Shown in pieces: positions 50,120 through 60,943 of a DNA stretch of 64,000 bases. How positions within the stretch are numbered: position 1 is the stretch's first letter; every line of letters begins with the position of its first letter. Below the pieces are notes generated by a model. The model saw only the letters and a list, made by a program, of their open reading frames with translations. It ran no database searches and had not been told where the DNA came from. Source of the DNA: Hormiphora californensis (taxonomy: Eukaryota; Animalia; Ctenophora); the NCBI GenBank assembly GCA_020137815.1, contig CM035352.1, positions 1,798,001 through 1,862,000 of the forward strand, given 5' to 3'. The position numbers and the translations under genes were made by a program.

Positions 50120-51501
50120 CTAAACACGTGTGCTACCTTTTGTAACAACAGCGGCTCTCACTTCTTGGGCAGCGCCTCGTACATCAGCACACCAATAACC
50201 GACAGCTCGTTCAAGATCTGCACAACACGCCTCAGTCTGCCTAACAATGGCGGTTACCACAGCAATGATGACACACAGACTCACAAAAGTGATAACGGCT
50301 TTGTCGAGGTCAGACAACTTTTTCTTTCCATCACGGTCGTGCCCCCGGTCGTTTGAGATATCGTCTACAAGGTGGTTGAGAGGATCAGATATGTCGGATT
50401 TGATGAAGTCGTCAACTTTATGTAGCCCATCAGAAGCTTTGTGAAGTGCATCGTCGACAAAATCAGGTGAGATTGTAGCATCAAGGGCCTCTTTAATGGG
50501 GTTTATCACATGGTTCTGAATCTCATTCGACGCTTGGTCGATTGTATCAGGTAGGGCATTCAACTCTTCGTTAATGTAGGATTTTATTATGCCTATAAGT
50601 TGTACCTGAAAACTTATAACACGAGACCGAAGGTCGAGTGTTATAAGTGCAACAATAATGATCCGAGACCACAGGTCGAGGCAGATTCTTGTACTTTAGT
50701 GCACGAGCCTGCGAGTGCCACTAAGTTTGACTACCTCACGAGCCTGCGAGTGATGTAGTTTTACTTTTTGACCGAGCCTGCGAGGTCTAAAAGTGTACGA
50801 ATCTGGGACATTATTGTTGACGTCAGGTACAACGAAAACAGGCATAATAAAATTGCATTGTAAAATTTTTTAAACAAGAGTGAGAGACACTTTAGCATAG
50901 GGCGTAACAATAGAACAAATTCATGATAAGGTAGCAGGCAGAGAAATCAGTATAAGATAAGATAACGCCTGAGATAGGTAAAGAGAGTGAGAGATTAGTG
51001 AGAGTGAGAGATAAAGAATGTGTGGGTCCGGGAGTTCGTAACTGTTATCTTGATTTCGATGCTGCAACGGCGTGAGAGTGTGACATAAAGAAAGAGAGAG
51101 AGGGAGTTCGTACACGTTTATCTTTCTAACGGTTTTTAAACGTGACAGAAACAGTGGCGTTCGAAGTGCAGCAGTGTTATAAGTTTTCATGTATAACTGG
51201 GCAGTGTTATAAGTTTTCACTTATAACACTGCCCAGTGTTATAAGTTTTCACTTATAACACTGCCCAGTGTTATAAGTTGTACAAGCAGTGCTACCTAAA
51301 GAATTATATTATATCTCAAAATTTTACAATGGGATCTAGGACATTATCTTTAATCTCTCCAGATACCTTGTCCAATGTGTTCTTCACCGGTTTCTCCACT
51401 TTTTCCTTGAACTCATGGGATATCTTGTCAAAGAAGTTGTTGCTGTGAGTCATAGTCGTCAGAGTTAGCACCAGGATGGAAGTCAGGATGATGGATTTCA
51501 T
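50120..51501 (-). CDS. Single-pass membrane protein D (signal peptide, helical ectodomain, TM, CC, C-terminal STRV), interrupted by an insertion
   Basis: Removing 50587-51326 gives a continuous 213-aa ORF (..VLDPIVK/SYINEELNALPD..). Ectodomain similar in style to gene C. Confidence 0.7.
50587..51326. mobile_element. Crypton-like non-autonomous element inside gene D
   Basis: 6-bp direct repeat ATTTTA at 50581-50586 and 51321-51326, no TIRs at the outer ends, and repeated short dyads CGAG-CCTG-CGAG / CGAGACCGAAGGTCGAG. Crypton assignment is inference from these traits. Confidence 0.55.
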
Positions 51502-51641
51502 GGTTCAGCTGCTAGAAGAGAATTTAGGGAATTAAAATGAGTCATTAATATTCTGTATTTGATATCTGAGGAAATATAACTAAAAAAGGGTAGACTTTTT
51601 TGAAGTTCCGGTTCAATAAAATTAAAAGCCAACATAAAGTA

Positions 51642-52287
51642 CAGGGTGTTCATATGGGATCTTTACAAGCGTTGGGCTTCACCCAGAAAAAAGTTGACAA
51701 AACTAGCTTATGAAACTTCATACTTGGACTATTCTATACCCTCATTCAAGGTTTCTGGTGTTTCCGGAGCTCTACTACCCCTGGAAGTGTGTTTTTGGCA
51801 TCAAAACCACCAGAAGGAATTTTTTGCTGGTGCTGAGACTTTGCTAGAATGTTTTTTGGGTATTTTCTATGTCAATTCCAAAGTTTCATGATGATTGGAT
51901 ATGTGGTTCAGTCACCAAGTTCAAAATAAACTGGCTGGAAAGGCCCAAAAACAGCTCAAAAACGGCAAAAGTTGATATTTTCGAGTCTTTCCAGGCACTT
52001 TTTTCGAAATTTTGAGTTCATAAAACACATGCAATCATCATGAAACTTTGGAATTGACATAGAAAATACCCAAAAAACATTCTAGCAAAGTCTCAGCACC
52101 AGCAAAAAATTCCTTCTGGTGGTTTTGATGCCAAAAACACACTTCCAGGGGTATTAGAGCTCCGGAAACACCAGGAACCTTGAATGAGGGTATAGAATAG
52201 TCCAAGTATGAAGTTTCATAAGCTAATTTTGTCAATTTTTTTCTTGGTGAAGCCCAACGCTTGTAAAGATCCCATATGAACACCCTG
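51642..52287. mobile_element. Tc1/mariner-type MITE with ~250-bp TIRs
   Basis: CAGGGTG termini, TA on both sides, near-identical inverted arms 51642-51893 and 52036-52287. Confidence 0.85.
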
Positions 52288-52541
52288 TATCAAAACAAAA
52301 CACTTTTCTAGAAATTTTTAAAGAATGGTAACAAAGCATAACAATGTGAACATATAATTCAAAACATAAAATAACGAAAAAGTATACAATGCACAGCACA
52401 CAGCACGCTACAATTTTATTTGTATTCTCATTATTGGTTCTATAAATACTCCATTTTGTGAGCAAAAATAGGGTTTAGTAGCATACACTTTTAGTAGCAT
52501 AGCCAATTTTATGAAGATCAATTGCAATAAATCTCCCCCTA

Positions 52542-53219
52542 CTACACTTCCTCATACCTCCTATCTTGCACTCCATCGGCTTGTACGGCCACAATCACCG
52601 ACCCCTTCTTCTTGCAACAGCATCTGCAGCAGCAGCTATAAAAGCACTCACAGCAACTTTTCAAGCATCCGCAGCACTCCTTACAGCAAGAACACAAGTA
52701 TTTTAGTAGCACTAGTCCAGCGATACATATCCCAATGATAATCAGGAGCTGAATGGGCCCGAAACCATCAAACTGGTCATCCTGATCATCCATGATTGCC
52801 CGTCTCGTTGTAAAATGATTACAAAGGTGTGCAAAAGTACTTAGTACAAAACAACAAGTCAACAAAACAGTGAGTGACAGGCAAGATAACAAAGCATCCC
52901 GCATTCTATATTTTGACTGGCATGCATTCAGCGATGTGAACGTATTGCTGTTGCCTTTTATTGAGGATTGACCACCATCACATTTCTTCAAAAAGTGAGC
53001 AGAGTCAGAAACCTCTCGATCCCACTGCCCAGGAAAGATACGGCGAGTTAGGTCTACAAGATTCACAAAAGGACGATACTCTACGGCGGCCTTAGATGTT
53101 ATCAGTGATAACTTATCGCATGTGGAGGAGTCAGAGATGGATTGTAAACGGGTATCTCCGAGTAGTGGGGGACCCGGGAGTCGGGGCTCGGGCCAGCCAT
53201 AAAAGGTGTTTAGGGACAT
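52542..53219 (-). CDS. Membrane protein E: TM, long poly-Cys tail, RYEEV; true start uncertain
   Basis: ORF ends LLIIIGICIAGLVLLKYLCSCCKECCGCLKSCCECFYSCCCRCCCKKKGSVIVAVQADGVQDRRYEEV*. Possible starts at 53219, MRDALL or MDDQ. Confidence 0.7.
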   Translation of the reverse strand: MSLNTFYGWPEPRLPGPPLLGDTRLQSISDSSTCDKLSLITSKAAVEYRPFVNLVDLTRRIFPGQWDREVSDSAHFLKKCDGGQSSIKGNSNTFTSLNACQSKYRMRDALLSCLSLTVLLTCCFVLSTFAHLCNHFTTRRAIMDDQDDQFDGFGPIQLLIIIGICIAGLVLLKYLCSCCKECCGCLKSCCECFYSCCCRCCCKKKGSVIVAVQADGVQDRRYEEV

Positions 53220-53559
53220 CTGATCTTCCTCGAGTCGATTAAAAACATAAGTAACCTTGACACCTTATGATGCCAATTCAAACTCAAAGTCAAGATTTGG
53301 CGGTTGGCCTTTTTAGTTTCAGATGCGTTTGAGCCTGACTTGGGCACGTCGCGCTATCCCGTGGGCCGTGTACATGACATTGACGACCGGCGCCCCGTAC
53401 CTCGTCTCCGACGAAGTTGGCAGCTTAGCTGCCAAGAGCCTGAAGTACGCTGTAGGCCTCTAAATTCTAAAATTCAACTATTTTTTTTTTCGAGGGAAAA
53501 AAGTAAAAAGTAAATCAAACTTTTTGAACTTCCAAATTGAAGGGGGGGGGGGTCGGCCG

Positions 53560-53985
53560 ATATTGGCCTTGAATATAAATAGTGGTACACACACTTACAA
53601 TGTCAATAATAAATTTAAACAAACGGGGTCAATAAATTATATAAATAAAGATTTAGTCTATTTGGTAGATACTATCATCACGACCACTGCTGCCTTCTGC
53701 CCTCAGTCGTCCGCGGTGCCCCCTGATGGAAATGGTGACGGAGCGGACCATGGCAAATGACAACCTTAGCCTCAGGTACCGGATACACTGATCGTATGAA
53801 TATCCTGTTTTAGTCGCCTTCTTCTCAGCCAATTGTTTCAAAGTCTTATTAAATTCCCTTCCGAGGCCCCCTGTAGTTGACATTACCAGTGGTGTGAATG
53901 TTGACTTTTCCACCTCTAGGACACGGTGGAGGTATGATGTTTTCTTCTCTCTCTCGTGTTTTTCATATGTTTTGGCGATAAGGAA
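53560..53985 (-). mobile_element. 3' fragment of an RLE-bearing (CRE-like) non-LTR retrotransposon
   Basis: YEKHEREKKTSYLHRVLEVEKSTFTPLVMSTTGGLG..LRLRLSFAMVRS..IRGHR matches the C-terminal restriction-like endonuclease region of CRE-type elements. Confidence 0.7.
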
Positions 53986-54192
53986 CCATAATAAAGTTCA
54001 AGAGCCTCCAAGAGCACCCAAGAGCGCACCCGATCGAAGAGAGACCACACCTGAGAGCGTACCACACCCAAAAGAGACCACATCCAAGAGCGCACCACCT
54101 CCAGAAGACACCACTTCAAGAGCGCACCACATCAAAGAGAGCTCCCCATCCAGGCCCACGTTGAACTTCTCACTAATGTCTTTAATCTATGC

Positions 54193-56136
54193 TTGGAAAG
54201 CGGTGCCTATCCCTGGAGCAACTCCCTCATAACCCCTCTTCACAAAAAGGGGCCCCGCAGAGACCCAGACAACTATCGAGCGGTGGCGGTGGGTAGTTCA
54301 GTGGGCAAACTCTACAGCTCCTTGCTCCTTAACAGACTCCAGTCCTTTCGTAAGCAACATTGCCCTGACCACCCCAATCAATTGGGCTTTTGCCCAGGTG
54401 CACAGACATGCGACCATCTCTTTACATTGCAGACTCTCGTGGATAAGTTTAAGAAGGCCCGTAGACCCCTGTATGGGATATTTGTCGACCTGCGGAAGGC
54501 TTTCGACAGCGTCCCCCGACAGGCTCTGTTCTACAAACTGGCGAGGCTGGGCATTACGGGGAACTTCTACAAAGCCGTCAGAACAATGTATAGCTCCACA
54601 ACCAGCCAGATCAAAATATCCGGGTTCCTGAGTCGAAAGTTCCGCACAGAAAAGGGCACCGAGCAGGGGCATCCGCTCTCCCCTGACCTTTTCAAGATAT
54701 ATCTCCATGATTTATCTCCACAGCTAGATAAAATTACAGGGTGTCCTACTCTCTCCGGATTCCCCCTCAGCCACCTGCTGTGGGCAGACGATCTTGTTTT
54801 ACTAGCTACCAACCCGGTCACCGCCCAAAAACTCCTCGATGTGCTCGGCAAGTTCTGCAAAGACTGGGGGTTAGAAATCAATGTGGGGAAAACTAAGACA
54901 CTGGTTTTCAATGCTGAGCACTTGGACGGCCCCCTTCCCCAGCTCAAACTCGGCTCAAACCTATTGGAGAAGACGTCCGAGTACTGTTACCTTGGTATCA
55001 ACCTTCAAGCGGACGGCAAGTACAAGAAGCCCCAAGCTGACCTCTGCACTAAGGCAACTAGAGCCGTTTACTCGCTCAAGAAGGCAATTAGGAGAGACGT
55101 TATATCCACCAAGAGCCTTTTTATCCTCTTTGACACCCTCATCAAACCTATCCTGTTCTATGGCGGCCCAATCTGGTCACCCAGGGCTTACAACATCTGC
55201 AAAATTCTAGGTACTAGCATGAGCAGCCGCACCAGTTTGAAGAGAATTGCAGCAGATCCCACTGAGAAGGTACACATCAGTTTCCTGAAGTGGGCGCTGG
55301 GGGTCAACAGGAGGACCTCTAACGTGGCTGTATGGAAGCTTGCCGGACGCCAGCCTCTCGCTCTAGACAGGATAAGGCACACTCTATCCTTTCTCAAGAG
55401 GCTCCAAACTATGGATAGCTCATGTCTAGCCAAGCGAGCTCTTACTGAACAAGAGAAGTACCACCTACCTTGGTTCAAGTCGATCCTGCCCCTCCTCCAG
55501 CTGGATGAGATCTATCGGTTACCTCACATGGACGCCGCTCGAATCATTAGAGATCCCAAAGCAGTCCCACCACCACCCCCTAACCCTGTCGCCTCTCCCG
55601 ACCCTCCTCTTGCATCAGGCTGGTTTAGACCCTGGAAGGTGAACAACATCCTCAGCTGTGCTTTTCGATCCTGTTTAGACGAGGCAGCAAACTCGCAATC
55701 CAAGCTCTCCTTCTTTAAGCGGGTGATACTGGATTTCTCTCCAGCCAAGTATCTACATACCGTATCCAACTACGGAAACAGAACCGCCCTTAACCGTTTT
55801 CTTACTAGCTCCCACCATCTTGCAATCGAAAGAGGTCGTTACTCGAGTATCCCTAGGGACAAAAGAATTTGTTCCTGGTGTAATGGAATCGGCTTGTCTC
55901 TTGTGGAAGACGAGGAACACCTCCTATTCACCTGTCTTCAGTACATAACCCCCAGAATCAAGATGTCTGACGACCTGAGAAAACATGGCCTAGCGATTCC
56001 AAACTCTACTGATGACCTGACTCATACCCTGAACCACCCTATCGCATCTAACATTCTGGCTCAATATGTTAACACATCTCTCACTCTGAGAGGTCGGGGG
56101 GACTCGTTGCAGGAGGGCGCGCCGTCTCACCCCTAG
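54193..56136 (+). CDS. LINE ORF2 reverse transcriptase, 5'-truncated (no endonuclease), RTE-X/L2-group-like
   Basis: PLHKKG..DNYRAV, QLGF, FVDLRKAFDSV, GTEQGHPLSPDLF, LLWADD, YCYLG and the C-terminal LAIERGRY..RICSWC..EDEEHLLFTC knuckle. The frame is open a little upstream (HVELLTNVFNLCL). Confidence 0.92.
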   Translation: MESGAYPWSNSLITPLHKKGPRRDPDNYRAVAVGSSVGKLYSSLLLNRLQSFRKQHCPDHPNQLGFCPGAQTCDHLFTLQTLVDKFKKARRPLYGIFVDLRKAFDSVPRQALFYKLARLGITGNFYKAVRTMYSSTTSQIKISGFLSRKFRTEKGTEQGHPLSPDLFKIYLHDLSPQLDKITGCPTLSGFPLSHLLWADDLVLLATNPVTAQKLLDVLGKFCKDWGLEINVGKTKTLVFNAEHLDGPLPQLKLGSNLLEKTSEYCYLGINLQADGKYKKPQADLCTKATRAVYSLKKAIRRDVISTKSLFILFDTLIKPILFYGGPIWSPRAYNICKILGTSMSSRTSLKRIAADPTEKVHISFLKWALGVNRRTSNVAVWKLAGRQPLALDRIRHTLSFLKRLQTMDSSCLAKRALTEQEKYHLPWFKSILPLLQLDEIYRLPHMDAARIIRDPKAVPPPPPNPVASPDPPLASGWFRPWKVNNILSCAFRSCLDEAANSQSKLSFFKRVILDFSPAKYLHTVSNYGNRTALNRFLTSSHHLAIERGRYSSIPRDKRICSWCNGIGLSLVEDEEHLLFTCLQYITPRIKMSDDLRKHGLAIPNSTDDLTHTLNHPIASNILAQYVNTSLTLRGRGDSLQEGAPSHP

Positions 56137-57456
56137 AGTGGGGGCGCGCGGGCTATACCCTTACGTGCGGGGTACACCTGTGCTACGTCATCTCTTCCTC
56201 TCTTCCTTTGTCTGGTTTCCCGCGTCTTTTGTACACCGGCTCCCACTCCTCCCTTCCTCAACCCTTATTTCCTGCCCTACTTCTTCTCGCCTGCTGACTC
56301 CAACCCTTTCCACCCCCTCCCTGGAGCCCTCCGACAGTCCCTTCCTGCTCTTCGTCTCTACCGCCCTGTCAGACCTCCTCCTCATACTCCTCGTTCCAGC
56401 TCTCCTCTGATACCCTCTGTTCCAGGCTACCGTCCCTTTGATTCAGGTCACCGCCTCCACTTCTTCTCGACTGCTGACTCCAACCCTTTCCACCCCTTCC
56501 CTCTCTACCGCTCTGTCAGACCTCATCTTATTCCTCGTTCCAGCTCTCCTCTGATACCCTCTGTTCCAGGTCATCGCCTCTTCTGCTCACTGGGTGCTCC
56601 CCCTCTCCTTCCTCACCTCCATCTCTGGCCCTCCTTCACCGTTTCCAGCCCTCACCGCCCTTTTCCTGTCCGTGGTTTCCATCTACTTCCTCTCTCTGAG
56701 TTGCATCTCTCCGTCAGTCCCCTGTCCCCGACAGCCAGGCTCCACCGACACTCCGCTTCCTTCTCGTCGTCTCCACCGCTGGTCTGGACTCCTCCATCTC
56801 CCTCCTCGTTCCAGCCCCCCCCCCCCTTTTTTGATCCGGATCATCGTCTCGCCTCTTGCTCTTCTGGTACTCTCACCTTTTCCATTCCTCACCTCTGGCC
56901 CTCCTTCATCTCACCCTTTTCTCCAGACCTCGCTGCCCTTTCCCAGGAACCCATCCCTAGCTGCTCTCAGTGCTCTTCGTCAGCCTCAGTCCTCCTTTAC
57001 CTCCGGTCCCCCGCCTCCCGCACGTTGTCTTACTACCTCTATTCCCTTCTTCCTTTCCCCCTGTTTAAGTGCTCCCTCTCCACATCACTGCTGTTCACCT
57101 CTCTCTTAGCATCGTGTTTCTCTCTCTCACCCTTCCACCCGGTCATTCCCACTCCCTTAATCACACTGTTCTCTTCTCCACTTACCACCAACTCTATCAC
57201 TATGCACCCCCCCCCCCCATACACAGATACCTTGATCCCTTCTCCCTCCCCCATCTCCCTCCCCACTTCTCCAGATTTCCTCTTTTTTTAACTATATTTA
57301 TTTTTTGAGTGTGTTTTTAAATTATTAATTAAATTATTTTTGTATTTTCTTGGGTCGGGTAACACCGACCTGAATTGGCATACGTTGCAGGCGCGCATGA
57401 GGGGGCTGCAGCGCATTCCAACGACCTGAATCATTTTTAAAACTTGTCAAAACTTG

Positions 57457-57571
57457 TCCAGAAGATACCACGCGCAGGGGACACCACGCGCAGAAGAGAC
57501 CAGCGCGGCGTTGTATTTGCGCGTGCGGTCTCTTCTGCGCGTGGTGTCCCCTGCGCGCGGTATCTTCTGGA
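57457..57571. repeat. Inverted repeat with ~45-bp arms
   Basis: TCCAGAAGATACCACGCGCAGGGGACACCACGCGCAGAAGAGACC and its near-perfect reverse complement. Confidence 0.75.
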
Positions 57572-57607
57572 TGGGGTACGGTGGCAGATTCCGGCCAAGT
57601 GTTTTTT

Positions 57608-58645
57608 GGTAAGTCGGAAGAACATGTCCGTTTGTCTCATGAGGCCTCATGAGGCGCCTCATGAGACCTCATGAGGCACTCATGAGGCGCCTCATGAGGC
57701 CTCATGAGACATTTTCAGCTGTTTTAGTGCCTCATGAGGCCTCATGAGACCTCATGAGGCGCCTCATGAGGCACTCATGAGGCCTCATGAGGCCTCATGA
57801 GACACTGCTCATGAGGCCTCATGAGACATATGCCTCATCCCGACTTTGTTTTGATGTCTCATGAGGCCTCATGAGCAGTTTTGACATGAGGCATGTCTCA
57901 TGAGGCCTCATGAGGCATATCTCATGATACCTTAAAGTTAGTATAGCTATAGGATTAGGGTTAGGGTTAGGGTTAGAGTTAGGACCGGGTTTCGGTTCCA
58001 GTTAGGAGTACGAACCTAACCACTAAGCCCTAACGACTAAGCCTAGGGGTTAACCCCAACCAATAGGCGTAGGCCTAGAAGTCTATCCTTAACCCTAACA
58101 CTAACCCTAACCTTAATCCTAATACCAACCTAAAGTTAGGGTTAGGATTAGTGTTTGGGTTAAGGATTGAACCCTAGGCCTTGGACCTAGATATATCATA
58201 TTGTCATAAAAGTTTGGGGTTAACCCCTAGGCCTAGTGGTTAGGCTCGTACCCCTAACTGGAACCGAAACCCGGTGCTAACTCTAACCCTAGCCTTAACC
58301 CTATGGCTATACTAACTCTAAGGTGTCATGAGATATGCCTCATGAGGCCTCATGAGACATGCCTCATGTCAAAACTGCTCATGAGGCCTCATGAGACATC
58401 AAAACAAAGTCGGGATGAGGCACATGTCTCATGAGGCCTCATGAGCAGTGTCTCATGAGGCCTCATGAGGCCTCATGAGTGCCTCATGAGGCGCCTCATG
58501 AGGTCTCATGAGGCCTCATGAGGCACTAAAACAGCTGAAAATGTCTCATGAGGCCTCATGAGGCGCCTCATGAGTGCCTCATGAGGTCTCATGAGGCGCC
58601 TCATGAGGCCTCATGAGACAAACGGACACGTTCTTCCGACTTACC
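57608..58645. mobile_element. Merlin-like non-autonomous foldback element
   Basis: GGTAA termini (Merlin-type GGNRM), 8-bp TSD TGTTTTTT (57600-57607 and 58646-58653), and arms over 400 bp made of CCTCATGAGG palindromes and TTAGGG-like repeats. Confidence 0.8.
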
Positions 58646-58666
58646 TGTTTTTTTAGTCAAGTGAAA

Positions 58667-58821
58667 TAAAGTCGGATTTTTTGAAGTTGTCACCCCCCTT
58701 TTCGTGCGCGGAATGTTTTTGCGCGTCACATCACATGTTAACGTGTGGTGTGCGCGTCAAAATTGATAAATTTCACATGCGCGGTCATTTTGGGGTGACA
58801 ACTTCAAAAAATCCGACTTTA
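58667..58821. mobile_element. MITE, same TIR family as 10741-11010
   Basis: Identical AAGTCGGATTTTTTGAAGTTGTCACCCC TIRs with TA flanks and a shorter, different interior. Confidence 0.8.
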
Positions 58822-59165
58822 TTTTTGCTTGAAGTTTTATAAAAATTTTATTTCAAAATAAAAATAAACATGTCGTTAAAATTATTGGCCGGAATCTGCC
58901 ACGCGAGTGGCAGATCTCGGCCAAGATTCTAAAAAAACCTTGGCCAGAATCTGCCAACCACGTGGCAGATTCCGGCCAACAAACTGAAACTTACTTATAT
59001 CAAAGCAAAAACCGCTATACCCGACTAATTTTGATACGCTGAATCACGTAAGCAACTTTTCCAATCCCTCAGAGGTCGGGAAAGTGTCCTAATTGAGCAT
59101 AATAGGGTCTAATTGACCCCTCTTACAACTTTTCACCTGGAAACGATAGTCGCTTATGTGAATGG

Positions 59166-59921
59166 TGTAAAGTAAGGACTGCCGATACGGGTGTGTTTGG
59201 AAAGGGACGTTCTTGGGGTGGTTTCGTGACACGTATGGGGCGTACCCGTCAGCTGGAGCGTAAAGGCGAAAGTAAACACGTTGTCTTTTATTTTTGTGAA
59301 TGTAAAAGTAACGGTAAAGGATTGTTACAGTTCAGTTGACTAAGAGAACACACGCTTTTTAAAGTTGCTTCGCTCCGACAAAAGAAAACTCACTCTCAAA
59401 ACACAAATCGCTCTTCTCTCTCAGATCTCAGAAAACGCGCGCGCGTGTCACCAAAGCGACACACACGCGCGCGCGAAGATGCTGTACTTTTAATAGAACT
59501 CCGCGTCAAAACAAGCACCTTCGCGATAGGACACAGACACAAACACACATTCTCACACACACGCACACACAAACACACAGGGCTGGCCCAGTTCTGCACC
59601 ATTCCATCAAGGACAAAAAGCGCCGTTGCCACCGACTCCTTTGAGCCGGTGACACGGTGTCCTCGACAGAATAGCCCAGAACTGTACCATGAGCACGGGA
59701 CGATGAAAATAAACGAATATCGAGAAAGAGTACACATGACTTACAAGATACACTCTACAAGGAGTTACGTTAACGGTAAAAATAATTCATTAAAAATACT
59801 GTGTAGAATAATAAAATCGGACCATAGCATACCCGGGTAATAAATTAAGATCATTAAAAGCTTCACATTTTGTGAATACAAACATGTTCATGGTCAGTAA
59901 TACACTGTATAAAATATTACA
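59166..59921 (-). mobile_element. Probable 3' LTR of the Gypsy element
   Basis: TGTAA...TTACA termini, a minus-strand polypurine tract GAGAAAGAGAAAACAGAAAAAGAAAC next to 59921, and minus-strand AATAAA near 59290. The partner LTR is outside the window. Confidence 0.6.
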
Positions 59922-60444
59922 ATTTGTTTCTTTTTCTGTTTTCTCTTTCTCAGAGAAATTCTCGCTTTAAACAATGATTTCACGATGAAGGTAAGGAAGA
60001 AAGGTCTCTGAAGTTCCAATTAAAAGGGGGCATTGCTGTTCACGTTGCACCATGTTGGCCGATACCGTCCACCCCAGGAACACGATGTCAAAGGATGGCG
60101 CACAGGTTGATGGAAAATTGATGATGAGATCTGGATCGGACACCGGTCTGTTTCACTCTTCTCAAGCGAGTTTCTCAGGGGGTAATCAAACTTCAGCAAC
60201 AGCTGGTTCCTGACAAAACCATTGATCTCAACCAATAGATCACGGCTTCTCTTCATCTCCTTATCATGTCTCAAGGAAGCAAAATATCGCATGTTCACAC
60301 TTCACATGAACTGTTCACCGGTATCGCAGATTGGTAGCTGCCATGTATCGTTAGGTAGCACATTTACCCTTGTCATCAGGTTTCAGTTTGTTTCTGGATC
60401 ATCAAAACATATCAACAGATAGAGGTCAGTTGTATGGTTGCTGT

Positions 60445-60770
60445 TGTCGAGAACTCTCAACTTGGTTGGGGATTATAAAAATAAATCCAAAAGGATTTTA
60501 ACGGGTTGTCGAGTACACTCAACTTAGTTGTTAAAATAAAATCGAAATCCAAGAGGATTTGATGGGTTGTCGAGTACACTCAACTTGGTTGGGGTTATAA
60601 AAATAAATCCAAAAGGATTTTAACGGGTTGTCGAGTACACTCAACTTAGTTGTTAAAATAAAATCGAAATCCAAGAGGATTTGATGGGTTGTCGAGTACA
60701 CTCAACTTGGTTGGGGTTATAAAAATAAATCCAAAAGGATTTTAACGGTTTGTCGAGTATTCTCAACTTA
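60445..60770. repeat. Tandem repeat in the Gypsy 3' non-coding region (122-bp period, ~60-bp subunits)
   Basis: TTGTCGAGTACACTCAACTT-like core recurs six times. Confidence 0.85.
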
Positions 60771-60943
60771 TTTGTGTAAAACACTGTTTAAATGTAGAGG
60801 GAGATCAGAAGATCTTAACTTCCGGAACAGATGAGCCTCAATGTGGAGTCGAAGATGTTCAGGCATAGCAGCAGTCAGTGTTGGGGAGTGGCGAAATCTC
60901 GTGCACTGAGTAGGAACACACTTCATATTCGACCACATGACAA

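Larger units (their letters stand above)
57577..58980. mobile_element. Older element with GTGGCAGATTCCGGCCAA repeats hosting two nested insertions
   Basis: Motif at 57581 resumes in both orientations at 58885-58980, after the Merlin-like element and the TA MITE. Confidence 0.45.

Noticed and set aside
51646-52283. Twin 81-aa ORFs on opposite strands
   Set aside because: They are the two TIR arms of a MITE, start at GTG and show no protein features.
57955-58310. Telomere or chromosome fusion site
   Set aside because: The repeats are short, degenerate and enclosed within a TSD-flanked TIR element.
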